Shown here piece after piece: positions 26,615 to 38,009 of a stretch of DNA of 64,000 bases. Position 1 is the first letter of the stretch. Each line of letters begins with the position of its first letter. The notes beneath the pieces were generated by a model. It had not been told where the DNA came from. It worked only from the letters and a program-made list of their open reading frames with translations, and ran no database searches. The translations under genes and the position numbers were made by a program. Origin of the DNA: Lytechinus pictus (lineage: Eukaryota); the NCBI RefSeq assembly GCF_037042905.1, contig NC_087263.1:15192001-15256000 (forward strand), given 5' to 3'.

Positions 26615-27075
26615 CCTATTAGATGAAGTGGGTGAAAGTTTTCTTGAAATTGGACAAAAAGGTGAATAGGCTAAATGGCAATTAGACCAAAGGGTTGGTA
26701 GACCAACTGGTTGTAGACACAGTAGGATCAGACTAAGTAAGATGAGACCAAATGGAAAGTAGACAAAGTGGGTGTAGCCCAAGTGGCAATTAATTCAATT
26801 GAATTTACCAAATGGCTAGCAGACGAACTAGGATTAGACAATGAGGGATGAGACCAAAATAATGGAAAATAGACAAAGCCGGTGTAGACTAGTCTGCAGG
26901 CACAGACCCTGACTGAAACTTTGATCAATAAGTGTGTCTCCACGCAAAGACTAGCACATACAAAACTTGCTGAGCGCGAGGGCCTTCAGTACACAATGCA
27001 TGAGTAGGCTGCAATTCAGACCCTTAACTCGAGTGAAGGGTTTGCACAGCAGACTAGGTGTTTACCAGTAGACAA
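26615..27075 (+). repeat. Degenerate ~15-bp (TAGACCAA-core) repeat element
   Basis: Repeated tagaccaa/tagacaaagtgg units; related arms occur around 61130-61350 and 61780-61825. Confidence 0.6.
26890..27056. mobile_element. 167-bp MITE with TAG termini (Academ-like), probable 9-bp TSD
   Basis: ggtgtagac|tagtctgcaggcacagaccct ... agggtttgcacagcagacta|ggtgtttac (TSD 7/9 identical). Confidence 0.75.
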
Positions 27076-27447
27076 TTTATCAATTTGTTTACTTCCTTTT
27101 AATAAATCATCCATTTAATTACTCCTTCAATGGTATGCTATGCTCATTAATTAACCAGAGAAAAAACCATCACTTTCAGATCCTCTTCAAGTGGTCAAAA
27201 CATTCCATGAAATCAGACAAAATCATTATCAGGATATTGGCCCAGAAAAAGATGCATTTAAAGGAAGTTGTGACTATTTTGTTTTCATACAATTTTTACC
27301 ACTGGTTATTCCTATTTCTGATGCATTGCTGGAATGCAGTCCTGAATAAAACATTTGCCTACCCTGGCTGGGGACGAGGCAAGTAAATATGACAATGGTT
27401 GAAGTGAAATTGATTACTTCTTGATGAAGACATTTTTACAGACTTAA

Positions 27448-28027
27448 AGGGATGGTCCAGGCTGGAGATATTTATAACTCAATAAATAGAGTAAAATTCA
27501 CAAAGCAAATGCTGAAAGTTTGATCAAAATCGGATAACAAATAACAAAGTTATTGAATTTTAAAGATTTGCAATATTCTGGTGAAACAGTTCTAGGCATG
27601 TCTTTATGAATATTCAGTAGGTGGGCTGATGTCATATCCCCACTTGTTCTTTTGTAATTTATTATATGAAATCAGGTTTATTCAAAATCTTTCTACCAAG
27701 CACTAAAACAATTGGATTTACAACTGATTAAGTGCATTAATTATTCATTGCTTGGAGACACATCATTTACACATGTAGGAAAAAATGAAACATTTATGAT
27801 TTCATGTAATAACATAAGAGTAAGGAAAGTGGGGATCTGACATCATCAGTCCACCTAACGAATATTCATGACAATGTGCATATAACTGTTTCACAAAATA
27901 TTGATAAACTTTAAAATTCAATCACTTTGTTATTTGTCATCCGATATTGATGAAATTTTCAGCATTTTGCTCTGTGAATTTTACTTTATTTATTTAGATA
28001 TAAATAATTTCGGCAAGGACCATCCTT
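27448..28027. mobile_element. Kolobok-type MITE with long inverted arms, TTAA TSD
   Basis: ttaa|agggatggtcc ... ggaccatcctt|ttaa; arms pair over roughly 190 bp. Confidence 0.92.
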
Positions 28028-28070
28028 TTAACGGTTTTAGTGATTTTTTATACTTATTTCATGATTGATT

Positions 28071-28243
28071 GTAAGCAAGCAACCAGAGGACTGAAGGCAC
28101 AATGTCCTCTCCAAGGGACATGGTAATGAGGATAAATAAATGCCTTACTACCAAATAGGCACTAGTGCACCAAGTGGGAATCGAACCCGAATCACTGGAA
28201 TCCGAAACCCCCTGGCTCTACCAAACAAGCTATCAGGCTTCCT
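28071..28243 (-). mobile_element. tRNA-derived SINE (family B)
   Basis: Minus strand ggaagcctgatagcttgtttggtagagc...gggttcgattcccac (A/B boxes); body differs from family A. Confidence 0.75.
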
Positions 28244-28842
28244 CATTTTGCTGGATTTAAGTTTATCTTTTGACTACAAGTGACATTACAACCTGAAAAT
28301 CTTCAGTACAGAAGAAAAAAATAACTGTTTCAATTTCACTCGTCTTTGTTAAAACATTAAATCCAGTCAGTATTAATATAAATGATAATGGGTGCTCAAT
28401 ACAAACAAAGACGGTACTCACTCTTTTTCAGCTGCGCCAATACCACTGCTGAGATTTAAGACTATTCTTTTGAATATGTCCTGTCATTTACACTACGGCC
28501 CTATAGAATGATGCTAAAAATGCTCGTCTGAATAAAAGCTCAGCTTGTCAAGTTCGGGGCTTCCAGAATGTTTTCAGAGTAAACATATAAATGTTGAATA
28601 GGGTGAGGATAATGTGACATTCCCATCAGGTCTGTAATAACCCCAGGTTCACACTATTTCCTGAGGGGAGGGGGATTCCCTCACCTTGGAGAATCACATG
28701 GTATTTTGTTTTTGTTTTTTTGTTTTTTTATTTTTGCATTAAAATAATACAATATCAATGTGACATAATTATATGCAACATACAGAATAATCCATAAAAT
28801 AAACAATATAGTCGTTTTAAATACATAATGAATATATTATAG

Positions 28843-30045
28843 ATATATGGACTGCTTTGAGAGGCATGGTTGTTTCTAGAGGCTCAAGGGGACCGCAACG
28901 CGACTATGCACGAGGGCTTTGCCCGAGGGCATGGTCTGGCCGATGCGGTACCCGCGAGCCGAATAGAAACAACCATGTCTCGAATATAAAAGCAGTCCAT
29001 ATATATTTTATGAACCGAATTATTAAACATTAGATCTAACGTTAGGGGCTAGTCTAAGTCTAGATCTAAAAGCCCTGGCCCCAAGCTAACGTTAGGACTT
29101 AGGTCTAGGCCCTTACTTGGCCCTGACCCTGAAGTTAGGTCTCAAAGTCGAATATCATAAGCAGTTCCCGAGCAGTTCATACCGATAGGCCCTACTAGGC
29201 CTAGATCTAGATATTTTTAGGAACCAAATTACTAATTAGGTTCTGATTCTGAATAGGGTCTAGGCTAGATCTAACGTTCAGAAATAAATCCCTATTACTT
29301 ATTAGGCCTAGAGTGTAATCTAACGTTAGATCTAGTCGACTAAACCTACGTCTTAACGTTATGTCGTTAGATCTAACGTTAGATCTAATAAAATTCTAAG
29401 CTAACTAACGACAATTAACATTAGATCTACCCGTTATAACGTTGTCGTTTGTCATACTGTACCTAAGAGTAAGGCTAAGTAACGAGTAACGTTATGTTAA
29501 CCTTAGAAAGTGCAGTGACCGTCTAACTTTAATCTTTTTACCCGACTCACCTTTTGCGACTGCGAGCATGCATTTGAGCGGTCTGCAACAAGACTTGATG
29601 ATTGATACATCCGTTATGTCCTTAATAAGTTAGTTTTCTTTTCAATAAATGCCATATATTTTAACAGGAATTAACAAGCAAAAGTCAAAGATCGGCATCG
29701 TTCCATCGATATGTCATATCCGTTGCGCGCACTTGCACAATAAGCGCGTAAATGTGCGAATTGTCTAAAACTTTCGCTCAAATCGCGCGGATATTTATGG
29801 TATCCGCAATCACCGCAGAAAGCAACATTTTGCATGCAATCAAATGGGGATCTCAGCCAAATTTTGCTATGCCCGTCGTTAAGGGGCGGGTCAGGGGGCA
29901 ACGGGCAGAAATCTTGTTAACTATGCCCGTTGCCCTTGGTTACCACCTTAGTTTGTTGTTTTGAAGGCATGGTCGTTTACATGACCTCAGTTTTGACCAA
30001 TCAGAGGAACGGATTATTCGACATTCTTAAAGAGAGGTTTATAAA
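28843..30045. mobile_element. Non-autonomous element with ~160-bp terminal hairpin and asymmetric inverted repeats (Crypton-like, tentative)
   Basis: Hairpin 28843-29004 (apex gggc-ttt-gccc); tttatgaacc 29007-29016 inverted to ggtttataaa 30036-30045; ccaatcag near the right end; CpG-rich interior. Confidence 0.6.
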
Positions 30046-30144
30046 AAATAATGATGTGAGCATAATCTTAACTTATTAATTACATGTATAATACTGATGA
30101 TAATATTATGAACGCAGGAGACCGCCATCTGCATATTTTCTATC

Positions 30145-30410
30145 TAATAATAATCATAATTAAATATGCATTATTTATTAATGTTTCTAAGTGCTGCATA
30201 TTACTACCCTGGCTCGAGCAGGGCTATCCTGATCGGACATTCGAACATTCAAGGGACTCCTTCCTACCGGGTACTCATTTACTACACCTGGGTGGAAAGT
30301 GGCAAATGTAGATAAATGCCTTGCCAAATGATGGGAGTGCTACGGTGGGATCTGAACCTAAGACCTTGTGGTTCAAAGTCCGGAGACTTATCCACTGAGC
30401 CACAACAACT
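30145..30410 (-). mobile_element. tRNA-derived SINE related to family A
   Basis: Minus strand gttgtggctcagtggataagtctccggactttgaacc...ccacccaggtgtagtaaatgagtacccgg...(TTA)n. Confidence 0.88.
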
Positions 30411-30440
30411 TTCTATGTAGATATCATCCATTCTACGCAC

Positions 30441-30651
30441 TATTATTATTACTCCAGCTTTAGTTCGAGCTGCCTCTTACAGTGCTGAATGTACTTATTT
30501 CAGGAAATAATCCTACTTCACCTCACCTGGGTCGAGTGCAGCACAATGCGGATAAATTTCTCGCTAAAGAAAAACACACCATTGCTGGGGTTTGAACCCA
30601 CAACACTCCATGCAAAGTCCAGAGACTAATCCACTTGGCAACAGTGTTCCA
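30441..30651 (-). mobile_element. tRNA-derived SINE (family A), tail-truncated
   Basis: Minus strand gtggattagtctctggactttg...gggttcaaacccc...gtgctgcactcgacccaggtgagg. Confidence 0.85.
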
Positions 30652-31088
30652 CAACTTCAACTTTGATTTCAGATTCATCCAGACTTAATTCAGGATTTAA
30701 AAGTGGGGCATTCTTTTACCATGTGGTATCGTATATGTCAGCATCCATTTTTATTTGATATATCTTTATTTCATTTTCATAATTTCAATTAAAAAAAAAC
30801 ACATACAAAAGCATTTTATTCACAGTTTTTGACCAGAAAGAATACCTATACTATATGCCCCCCAGACCAATCAGAAAATTAACATTACTGGCTGTTCAAT
30901 GGCTAAGGCGGTCCACAAGTGCAAAAGTAATTCAAATGCCAAGAAATTTAAACCAATAATGTATGATGTCACCGATGCCTTTTTAGGAAGCAATGGTTGC
31001 AACAGCGCTGATCAAAATCAGCGGTCGAGCATTAAGCAAAACAGCCTCTCTGCATTTCAAAACTAAGGACAGAGATCTCTTTGGCAAA

Positions 31089-31550
31089 GAGGCTGTTCTC
31101 ACTACGTTCCTAAAACTAGTTTACTGGAAACTAGTTTAGTGGAAACTAGTTTAACGCGTAGTGAGAACGGTCGAAGCGATCTTGGAAGCGATCTTGCAAA
31201 CCAGTTTGGAAAACCACCTCGCGATGTAGTTTTCAAGATCGCTTTGCCTCGTTAAACTGGTTTTAGCGTGAGGACACAACCGTTCTTCGGGAAGCGATCT
31301 TCGCACATTTTGAGCGCGCTATACTCCACACGACAGGTGTAGAATGCCTATGCTGCGGTTTCGAATTTCGCGCCAAACATGTCAGCGCTATGAGAGCGTT
31401 TCCATAGCAACAAGAGCGCTTTACGTGAAGTGATTTTGAAAACCACTTTCGTGTGATCAAGTGGGAACGCTAGCAAAGCGATCTTCCAAACTGGTTCCCT
31501 GAATCGGTTTCCAGTAAACTAGTTTTAGAAAGCGTAATGAGAACGGCCTC
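31089..31550. mobile_element. MITE with ~43-bp TIRs (PIF/Harbinger-like)
   Basis: gaggctgttctcactacgttcctaaaactagtttactggaaac / gtttccagtaaactagttttagaaagcgtaatgagaacggcctc. Confidence 0.9.
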
Positions 31551-32248
31551 ATAGATTAGTACTAGTGTAGGGTTGAAGAAAATTATATGTTTGGAGTTGA
31601 AAATAAATGAAGTTCTAAATCATCAAACTGAAGGGGAATGAAGCAGACGCAAAATGAAGAGAACTTAAACCGAAGGAGTCTGGTTGTACACTGTTTAATA
31701 TCTTGGCTATTTTGCCTCAGCTTAACTTTGGATCACAGTATAATTTACATATTTAAATTAGAAATAACAACCAATCAAACTAAAGAAAATGGAAGGATCG
31801 AACTAAAATGTAAGAACCCAATCCATAAGATAAACCAATAAGGAATGAGATGAGATGACAAAGATGTCTGGTGATTATGTAATAATGGAAGTAGAAACTA
31901 AGGAGTCAGGTGAGGGATGGAATGAGTGGAACACCTGAAGAGAGAATAGAGAAGGAATGAAGATGACAAGAGAAACACAGGAAAGGCATTCAGAGTAGAA
32001 TGAATGAATTACAACTGAATATCATTATACTCAAATAACCTAAGTCCAGACTGCAAGGGCAGTACTGAAAAGAAATGCAAATGAACTAAAGTCTAGACAG
32101 AACAGAAATGTAGAACACCTGAAGAAAACACAAGTCAAAGGAAATAAACAAAATAGGTAAATGACAAATTAACAATCCTACACTCGCAGGACGTGCCCCA
32201 TCCATTCTTGATTTTAAGAAAATGGTTCAACTGGTTCTTGGTATCAGT

Positions 32249-32523
32249 GGAGCGTTGTGGCCCAGTGGATTCGTCTTCGGACTTTGAAACAGAGGGTCGT
32301 GGGTTCGAATCCCAGCCATGGCGTAATTTCCTTCAGCAAGAAACTGATCCACAGTGTGCTGCACTCAACCCAGGTGAGGTAAATGGGTACCGGTAGGAAG
32401 TAATTCCTTAAAAAGCTGTGTGCGCTATGAACGCCTAGCTTAGCCGGGTAATATAGGAGCGCCTTGAGCACCTAACAAGGTGGATATGTGCGCAATATAA
32501 ATACCCTATATTATTATTATTAT
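32249..32523 (+). mobile_element. Full-length tRNA-derived SINE (family A), tail type 2
   Basis: A/B boxes (B box ggttcgaatccc), central block, tail gagcgccttgagcacc...gcgcaatataaat, (TTA)n end. Confidence 0.93.
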
Positions 32524-33209
32524 ATCAAATCCAATGTCTGAAGTAAGATATTCATTATTTTCTGAAATATATAAGAAAACCTGTCTATAAAATGCATTAA
32601 CCACGTTAACTAGACACAAAAAGTGACATCTTCGACCTGCTGATGTGTAATGTTATACAGTACAGCACATCACACAAAAATGAAGAGGTTTCTAAAAATC
32701 ATTCATGCTATATATGTAGTCCCATACAGCCATGCCTAAGTAGGTACATGCTGTGATTTCAAATATTATAAAATTAAATTTGTATCATGCTGAATCGAAA
32801 AATCTATAACATAAAAACAAAAGTATTCAAGAATGTCATGAATGCTGTTGTTACAGAGGCTCTTCATGTATCAGCTACAAGAGACAGATGCTATAGCATT
32901 ATCAATTAAAGTATGATATTAGAACGGACAGTCATGTATTTATAGCCAGTCGACCATCATAACAGAAATGCAGGAGTAGCTCAGATAGAATAGATTCAAT
33001 ACTTATATAATAGTTTGATATATAAGTTGAAAGTAGTTCTAAACATAAATTTTGTAAGTCTCAGAACACCAATGTGAATGTCTGAAATTGTAATATCTTA
33101 GGGGAAAATGGAAAACAAAATAGGCCTACTCATTTTCTTTCTTTCTTTCACTGTCTGTTCTTTCTATTTTTCTTTCCATCTTCAATCCTTCTATCAATCC
33201 ACCACCTAA

Positions 33210-34290
33210 CTTCTTTCCAAGTTCCTTAAAACTTCTATTGAGCCCAGTAGAGAACCTTCTCCTTCCCTCTCTATCCCTCTATTTTTCTTTCTTTCCTTCA
33301 TTCCACTTTATTTCTTCTTTCTTCACCATTTCCCTCGCTTCATCTTCCATCCTTCCATCCATCCATCTATCCATCCATCAATCAATCCATCATGACCCTT
33401 GTTTCCAAGCTCCTCACAGCTTCTTTTTTAACTCAGTAGGGACCAGTTTATAAACACATTTTGGTTCTTTCTCTTGCTTTCTCTCTCCCCTATCACTTCC
33501 TTTCTTGTCTTTCCTTCTCTCTTCCATCTATCTTTCTATCTTCCATCCATCATCACCCTTGTTTCCAAGCTCCTCACAACTTCTTTTGAGCTTAGTTGGG
33601 ACCAGTTTGTAAACACATCTTGGTTATTTCTCTTGCTTTCTCTCTCCCTAGCTCGCTCTTTCTTGCCTTTCCTTCTTTCTTCCTATCTTTCTTTCTATCT
33701 TTCATCCATCTATCCATCCATCAACACCCTTGTTTCCAAGGCTCCTCACAACTTCTTTTGAGCTCAGTAAGGACCAGTTTGTAAACACATCTTGGTACTT
33801 TCTCTTGCTCTCTCTCTCTCTCTCCCCTATAACTTCCTTTCTTGCCTTTCTTTCTTCCTAACTTTCTTTCTATCTTCTTTCCATTCAACCATCCATCATC
33901 ACCCTTGTTTTCAAGCTCCTTACGACTTCTTTTGAGCTTAGTTGGGACCAGTTTGGAACTATTTCAAGTTTATTTCTCTCTCTCTCCTTCCTTCGTTCCT
34001 TCTATCCTTCATTTATATCTTCCATCCTTCCATCCATCTATTCATCCATCATCATTCTTGTTTCCAAGCTCCTTACAACTTCTTTTGAACTCAGTAGAGA
34101 CCAGTTTGGAACTATTTCAAGGTTTTTTTTTCTCTCTCTCTTTCTCTCTCCCTCCCTCCTTCCTTCCTTCCTTCGTTTGTTCGTTCCTTCCTTCCTTCCT
34201 TCTATCCTTCATTTCTATCTTCCATCCATCATCACCCTTGTTTCCAAGCTCCTTACAACTTCTTTTGAACTCAGTAGGGACCAGTTTGTA
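33210..34290 (+). repeat. Tandem array of ~7 units (155-185 bp): conserved core plus CT/CCAT microsatellite spacer
   Basis: Core cccttgtttccaagctcct.acaacttcttttga.ctcagtagggaccagttt near 33395, 33555, 33727, 33901, 34055 and 34234, with a degenerate first unit at ~33210. Confidence 0.9.
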
Positions 34291-34950
34291 ACCAGGATGA
34301 ATGACATTCCATGCATTCCACACATCTACCTCTGATGTAGATATCATGTGATATCTACATTCAAAAGTTGGTGGGTGTCAAAATGACAGCTACACCAAAG
34401 AATGCCAACTGATAGATATAGCTGGGGTGCTTTCTATCCAGAAATTTTTTATCATAAAAAATAATGATAGTGATATCTTATCGAGCACACACACTGTCCA
34501 GAGATGCTCATGGCGCTAGCGCAGAAACAGTTTCTTTGGATATAAATATTTCATACTGTTAACATGTAAACAACTACAAAATATTGATATAAATATAGTC
34601 AACAAAGAAATCTTAAATCACTACAAGTACAGTCTTACATCATCACCACTGAAATTCCCGACTACATCCCAGTAAGGCCTGGCGACGTGCTCCGTTCACC
34701 AACAATAAGTAGGCTACACCATTTCCAAAACCACCCCCTTCGGTAAACTTGTACAAAACAGTAAAAATGACCATTGAATTGTTATTGTATGCATGTTCAC
34801 CCCCTCCCCTAGAAATCTGTGGCCCCTGTGCTGAAGAATGGTCCATGTGCTAAATAAATTAGACTTCAAGAAAATTCATATTCGCTGGATTAATTAAATA
34901 TATTGCTGCCTTGTAAAAAAATATCATTCTAATTATGAAATGAGGTCGGA

Positions 34951-35100
34951 AGACCTCAATCACATTCACTCTAGTAAAAAACAGCCGTTTTATTCATTTT
35001 TTTTCAAACCGCCAATATAATAATGTAGCTATTACAAAAATGTTAAAATGGCTGTTTCCGACTCGCCGTACGGCTGCCTTAGAGCAAATGTGACTGGATA
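34951..35100 (+). mobile_element. Degenerate copy of the 43979-44143 MITE
   Basis: Shares ttttattcatttt..tcaaacc, tacaaaaatgttaaaa and gccgtacggc...tagagcaaatgtg. Confidence 0.8.
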
Positions 35101-36229
35101 GCAGATTCATCAATATTTTAAATCATAGCAGGATTAGCAGCATTGGCTGATCCAGCTCCAAAATGTTTCAAATTGCCCTCCCCTTTGACTGTGGTTAACT
35201 CTTGCTGCGCTGATGCTGCAAATTAGCATCTTCGTACAATTGAATTCAACAATCGTAATAATTTTCTCCCTTACCTTAATACCGGGGAATGCGACAAACA
35301 GCTATAGTTCTTGGACAACATCTATTCAATAATTATCAAAATCGATGGTGAAATTTCGAACTCTGAATCTAAAGAAAGCATCATCAGTACAATTGTCATT
35401 ATTATTCACCAAAAAATTAATTCAGCGTTCAAAGAATTACAAAGCTTTTCTTGTACACAGATGTACATCTGTTACATCTACACCTAACCCTCTCCTTAGC
35501 ATGCACAAGGCCCTGAAGAAATGGTTTCAAAGGTTATATATTCTTTTAAAAGTGACTATTTCTAGTTGACGAGCAGTAAACCTTGAAATGATGGTGAAGA
35601 TTATGAAAAGGAAACATTCAATGCTGGCATTGTACCAAATTCATGAAAATGGCAATCAGAGTCCCATATTGCAATACATTTCTGCATGTTCAATTGAAGG
35701 CTAAAGCTAGCCAGGTCATTTCTCATCAATCTTTTTTAATGGTCCTTGTTTCAAAAAGGAAATAATCCATTATCTTAATCACACACTCATTCATATTTAT
35801 TGCCATGCCAGACTTATAAATTACTGCAAAGTTTGCCACAGACCTTGTACTCTGTTTAAACCACTTCTTTTCTTTCTTTTTTATTTATTCTCATGAAAAT
35901 TGGAGTATCTCATGGCAAAATCTAGGCATGTACAGTAGCTATTGAGTTCACCAAACAAATATTTCCATCTCATCATTACTTGATCAATGAAACAAGAATA
36001 TCATGGCATGTTTAATTTTTTGGTTAACATTTGGTTAAGAGAATTGTATTGGACTTTTGCTTACACATAATTATACACAAAGTTTAGTGTTATATATCAG
36101 AGAGCTATCATGAATATCTTTCCCATTAAGGTTTATGCATACATAACAAAACAGTACTACTTCATATATATAAAAGTTATAATTACAAGGAAAATATTTA
36201 AGAAAGCAAAATTTTTCCTTATGATTTTG

Positions 36230-36432
36230 TAATTTGTTACCTGTGTACATAAGATTTGATATAGCTTATCTTTCACACAATATGTGTTTACTTTTTACTT
36301 TGTATTGTATATGGACCCCATGGAAGAACAGTATAGTCATGTCGACTAAATTGATAATGGGCTATCCATCCGTTTTGCTTTTTTGTGTTTTTATACGGAA
36401 AATAAATACTATACTATACTATACTATACACA
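36230..36432 (+). mobile_element. LINE 3' end remnant with (TACTA)n tail
   Basis: ggaccccatggaagaacagt...gctatcc, then aataaa and tactatactatactatactatac. Confidence 0.55.
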
Positions 36433-37536
36433 ATACATGATTTAAGATATAATGTTTCTATTTAATCTGAAAATGTATAAAACTTTTGAAAAAAGGAATA
36501 ATCTTCAAATTTATCAAACGTAATTCTAGCTTTAAAGCTTAGTGTGAGTTCTGGTACTGAAATATAATTTTGATAGGAAATGATTGGAAGCAATCTGAAA
36601 GTTTTTATCATACATCAGAATGCTTATTTAGAACATTTTCAATAAAAATAATTCTGAGTCATCTATGAATTATTTTGATTATAATTAATAGTCATCTTAA
36701 AGATCAAATGTCAGGGCTTTATTCTATCAAACTCTGTGGGCCCATTATAAATGGGCGTTATCCCAGCACGGGTACATATAACCAACTATTCAATAGGTTA
36801 TTGCACACTGCACCCTGCTGGCAAAGTCAATAGCATCAATAGCGCATGGCTCACTGAGAAGCTAAGAAAAACATCGTGATTTTCAGATGATTTAACAAGT
36901 TGTATCCTCAAATTGGGAAAAGACAGGAAAAAAGACAAATATATAAAAATGTGTACAGTTCTCAAACATAAAGTGTGTGAGAAATAGAGAAAATATCTTA
37001 TCCCAAGAAAACGATATAAAAAATGGGCAATTTGAGTCTGGCAGAGGTGATATTCAAGTAGTATCAAAGCTTCACAATTTCAAATATATAGTTTTAAGAT
37101 AATCCTTGGTTAGTTTATCACACACATTGAATATTCATTTAAATGATTTTTACAATATTTTAGTTCTAGAGAATGCACATGTTTTAAACAATATAACAGA
37201 AATAATGACATTCAGCATGACATGGAAAATGCAATGTCTTATGTGTGTTCAGCTCAAAATAAGTGCATTTATTTGTATCAGGGGAGCGGGGGGGGGGTGA
37301 ATTTGAAAGTGGGGGGGGGGATGGTTTCAAAAGTGGGGGAGGGGATTGACAATCAAAGAAAACATGATCAGATGGTCCTTTCTTTCATGGATTTTCCCCA
37401 AACCTTCACCAATATTCATTATGATTTTTTTTCTGCTATTTTTAAAACAAACTTTTCTTCAGGGTGAACTTTCCCTTTAAGGCATTGGTTTCAACTGTGG
37501 TGAGGTGCATGAAAGTAGGACCCTAGCATTATCTAT

Positions 37537-37916
37537 TACCCCTTTCATAAACCCATCCTCCAATTAGCCGCCTAAGAGTAATGCGGATAATTCAATAAAA
37601 ATTGCGTTCACAAACTCCGATAATAATCCGCACTATTTTTACGAGCGCCCGTCCTGAATAAGGCAGATAATCGTCATGGCAACCGCACACACCCCCTCCG
37701 ATGCAGTTGTGTTGGATAAGGGTGACCTTGTGACCGCACCATGGTAATTATCCGCATTATTTGAAAATGCGTTCATAAAGTCAAAATCTGGTCCCGATGC
37801 CGCTATTATGCGGATAATTGCAGCATCAAAATAATGCGGATAACTCTGGTCCTCCTACGATTTTACGACCAAATTATGCTGCTATTAGCCGCATAACTGG
37901 GTTTATGAAAGGGGTA
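37537..37916. mobile_element. 380-bp MITE, 19-bp TIR tacccctttcataaaccca
   Basis: tacccctttcataaaccca / tgggtttatgaaaggggta; internal atgcggataa / ttatccgcat repeats. Confidence 0.92.
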
Positions 37917-37960
37917 TAAAAGGAACTTTGCTGTCAACAGCAGAATATGAAAATACTTAC

Positions 37961-38009
37961 TACAGATGCTTCAAGAATTCAATGAGCCTGCATACAGTCA
38001 AACACTTAC
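37961..38009 (-). other. Candidate 49-nt cryptic/recursive-splicing exon (TAG|GTAAGT ... TA|GTAAGT)
   Basis: Minus strand ttttaattatttctttttctcctcttttttttgttttgTAG|GTAAGT at 38010/38009; second GTAAGT at 37960-37955. Confidence 0.6.

Noticed and set aside
31931..31965. Minus-strand acceptor ttctctattctctcttcag|gtgtt (similar at ~32118)
   Set aside because: The following GTGTT is a poor donor and I found no good downstream 5' splice site or ORF.
34643..34846. GC-richer segment as a coding exon
   Set aside because: All three minus-strand frames hit stops before the nearby GTAAG, and no recognisable peptide.
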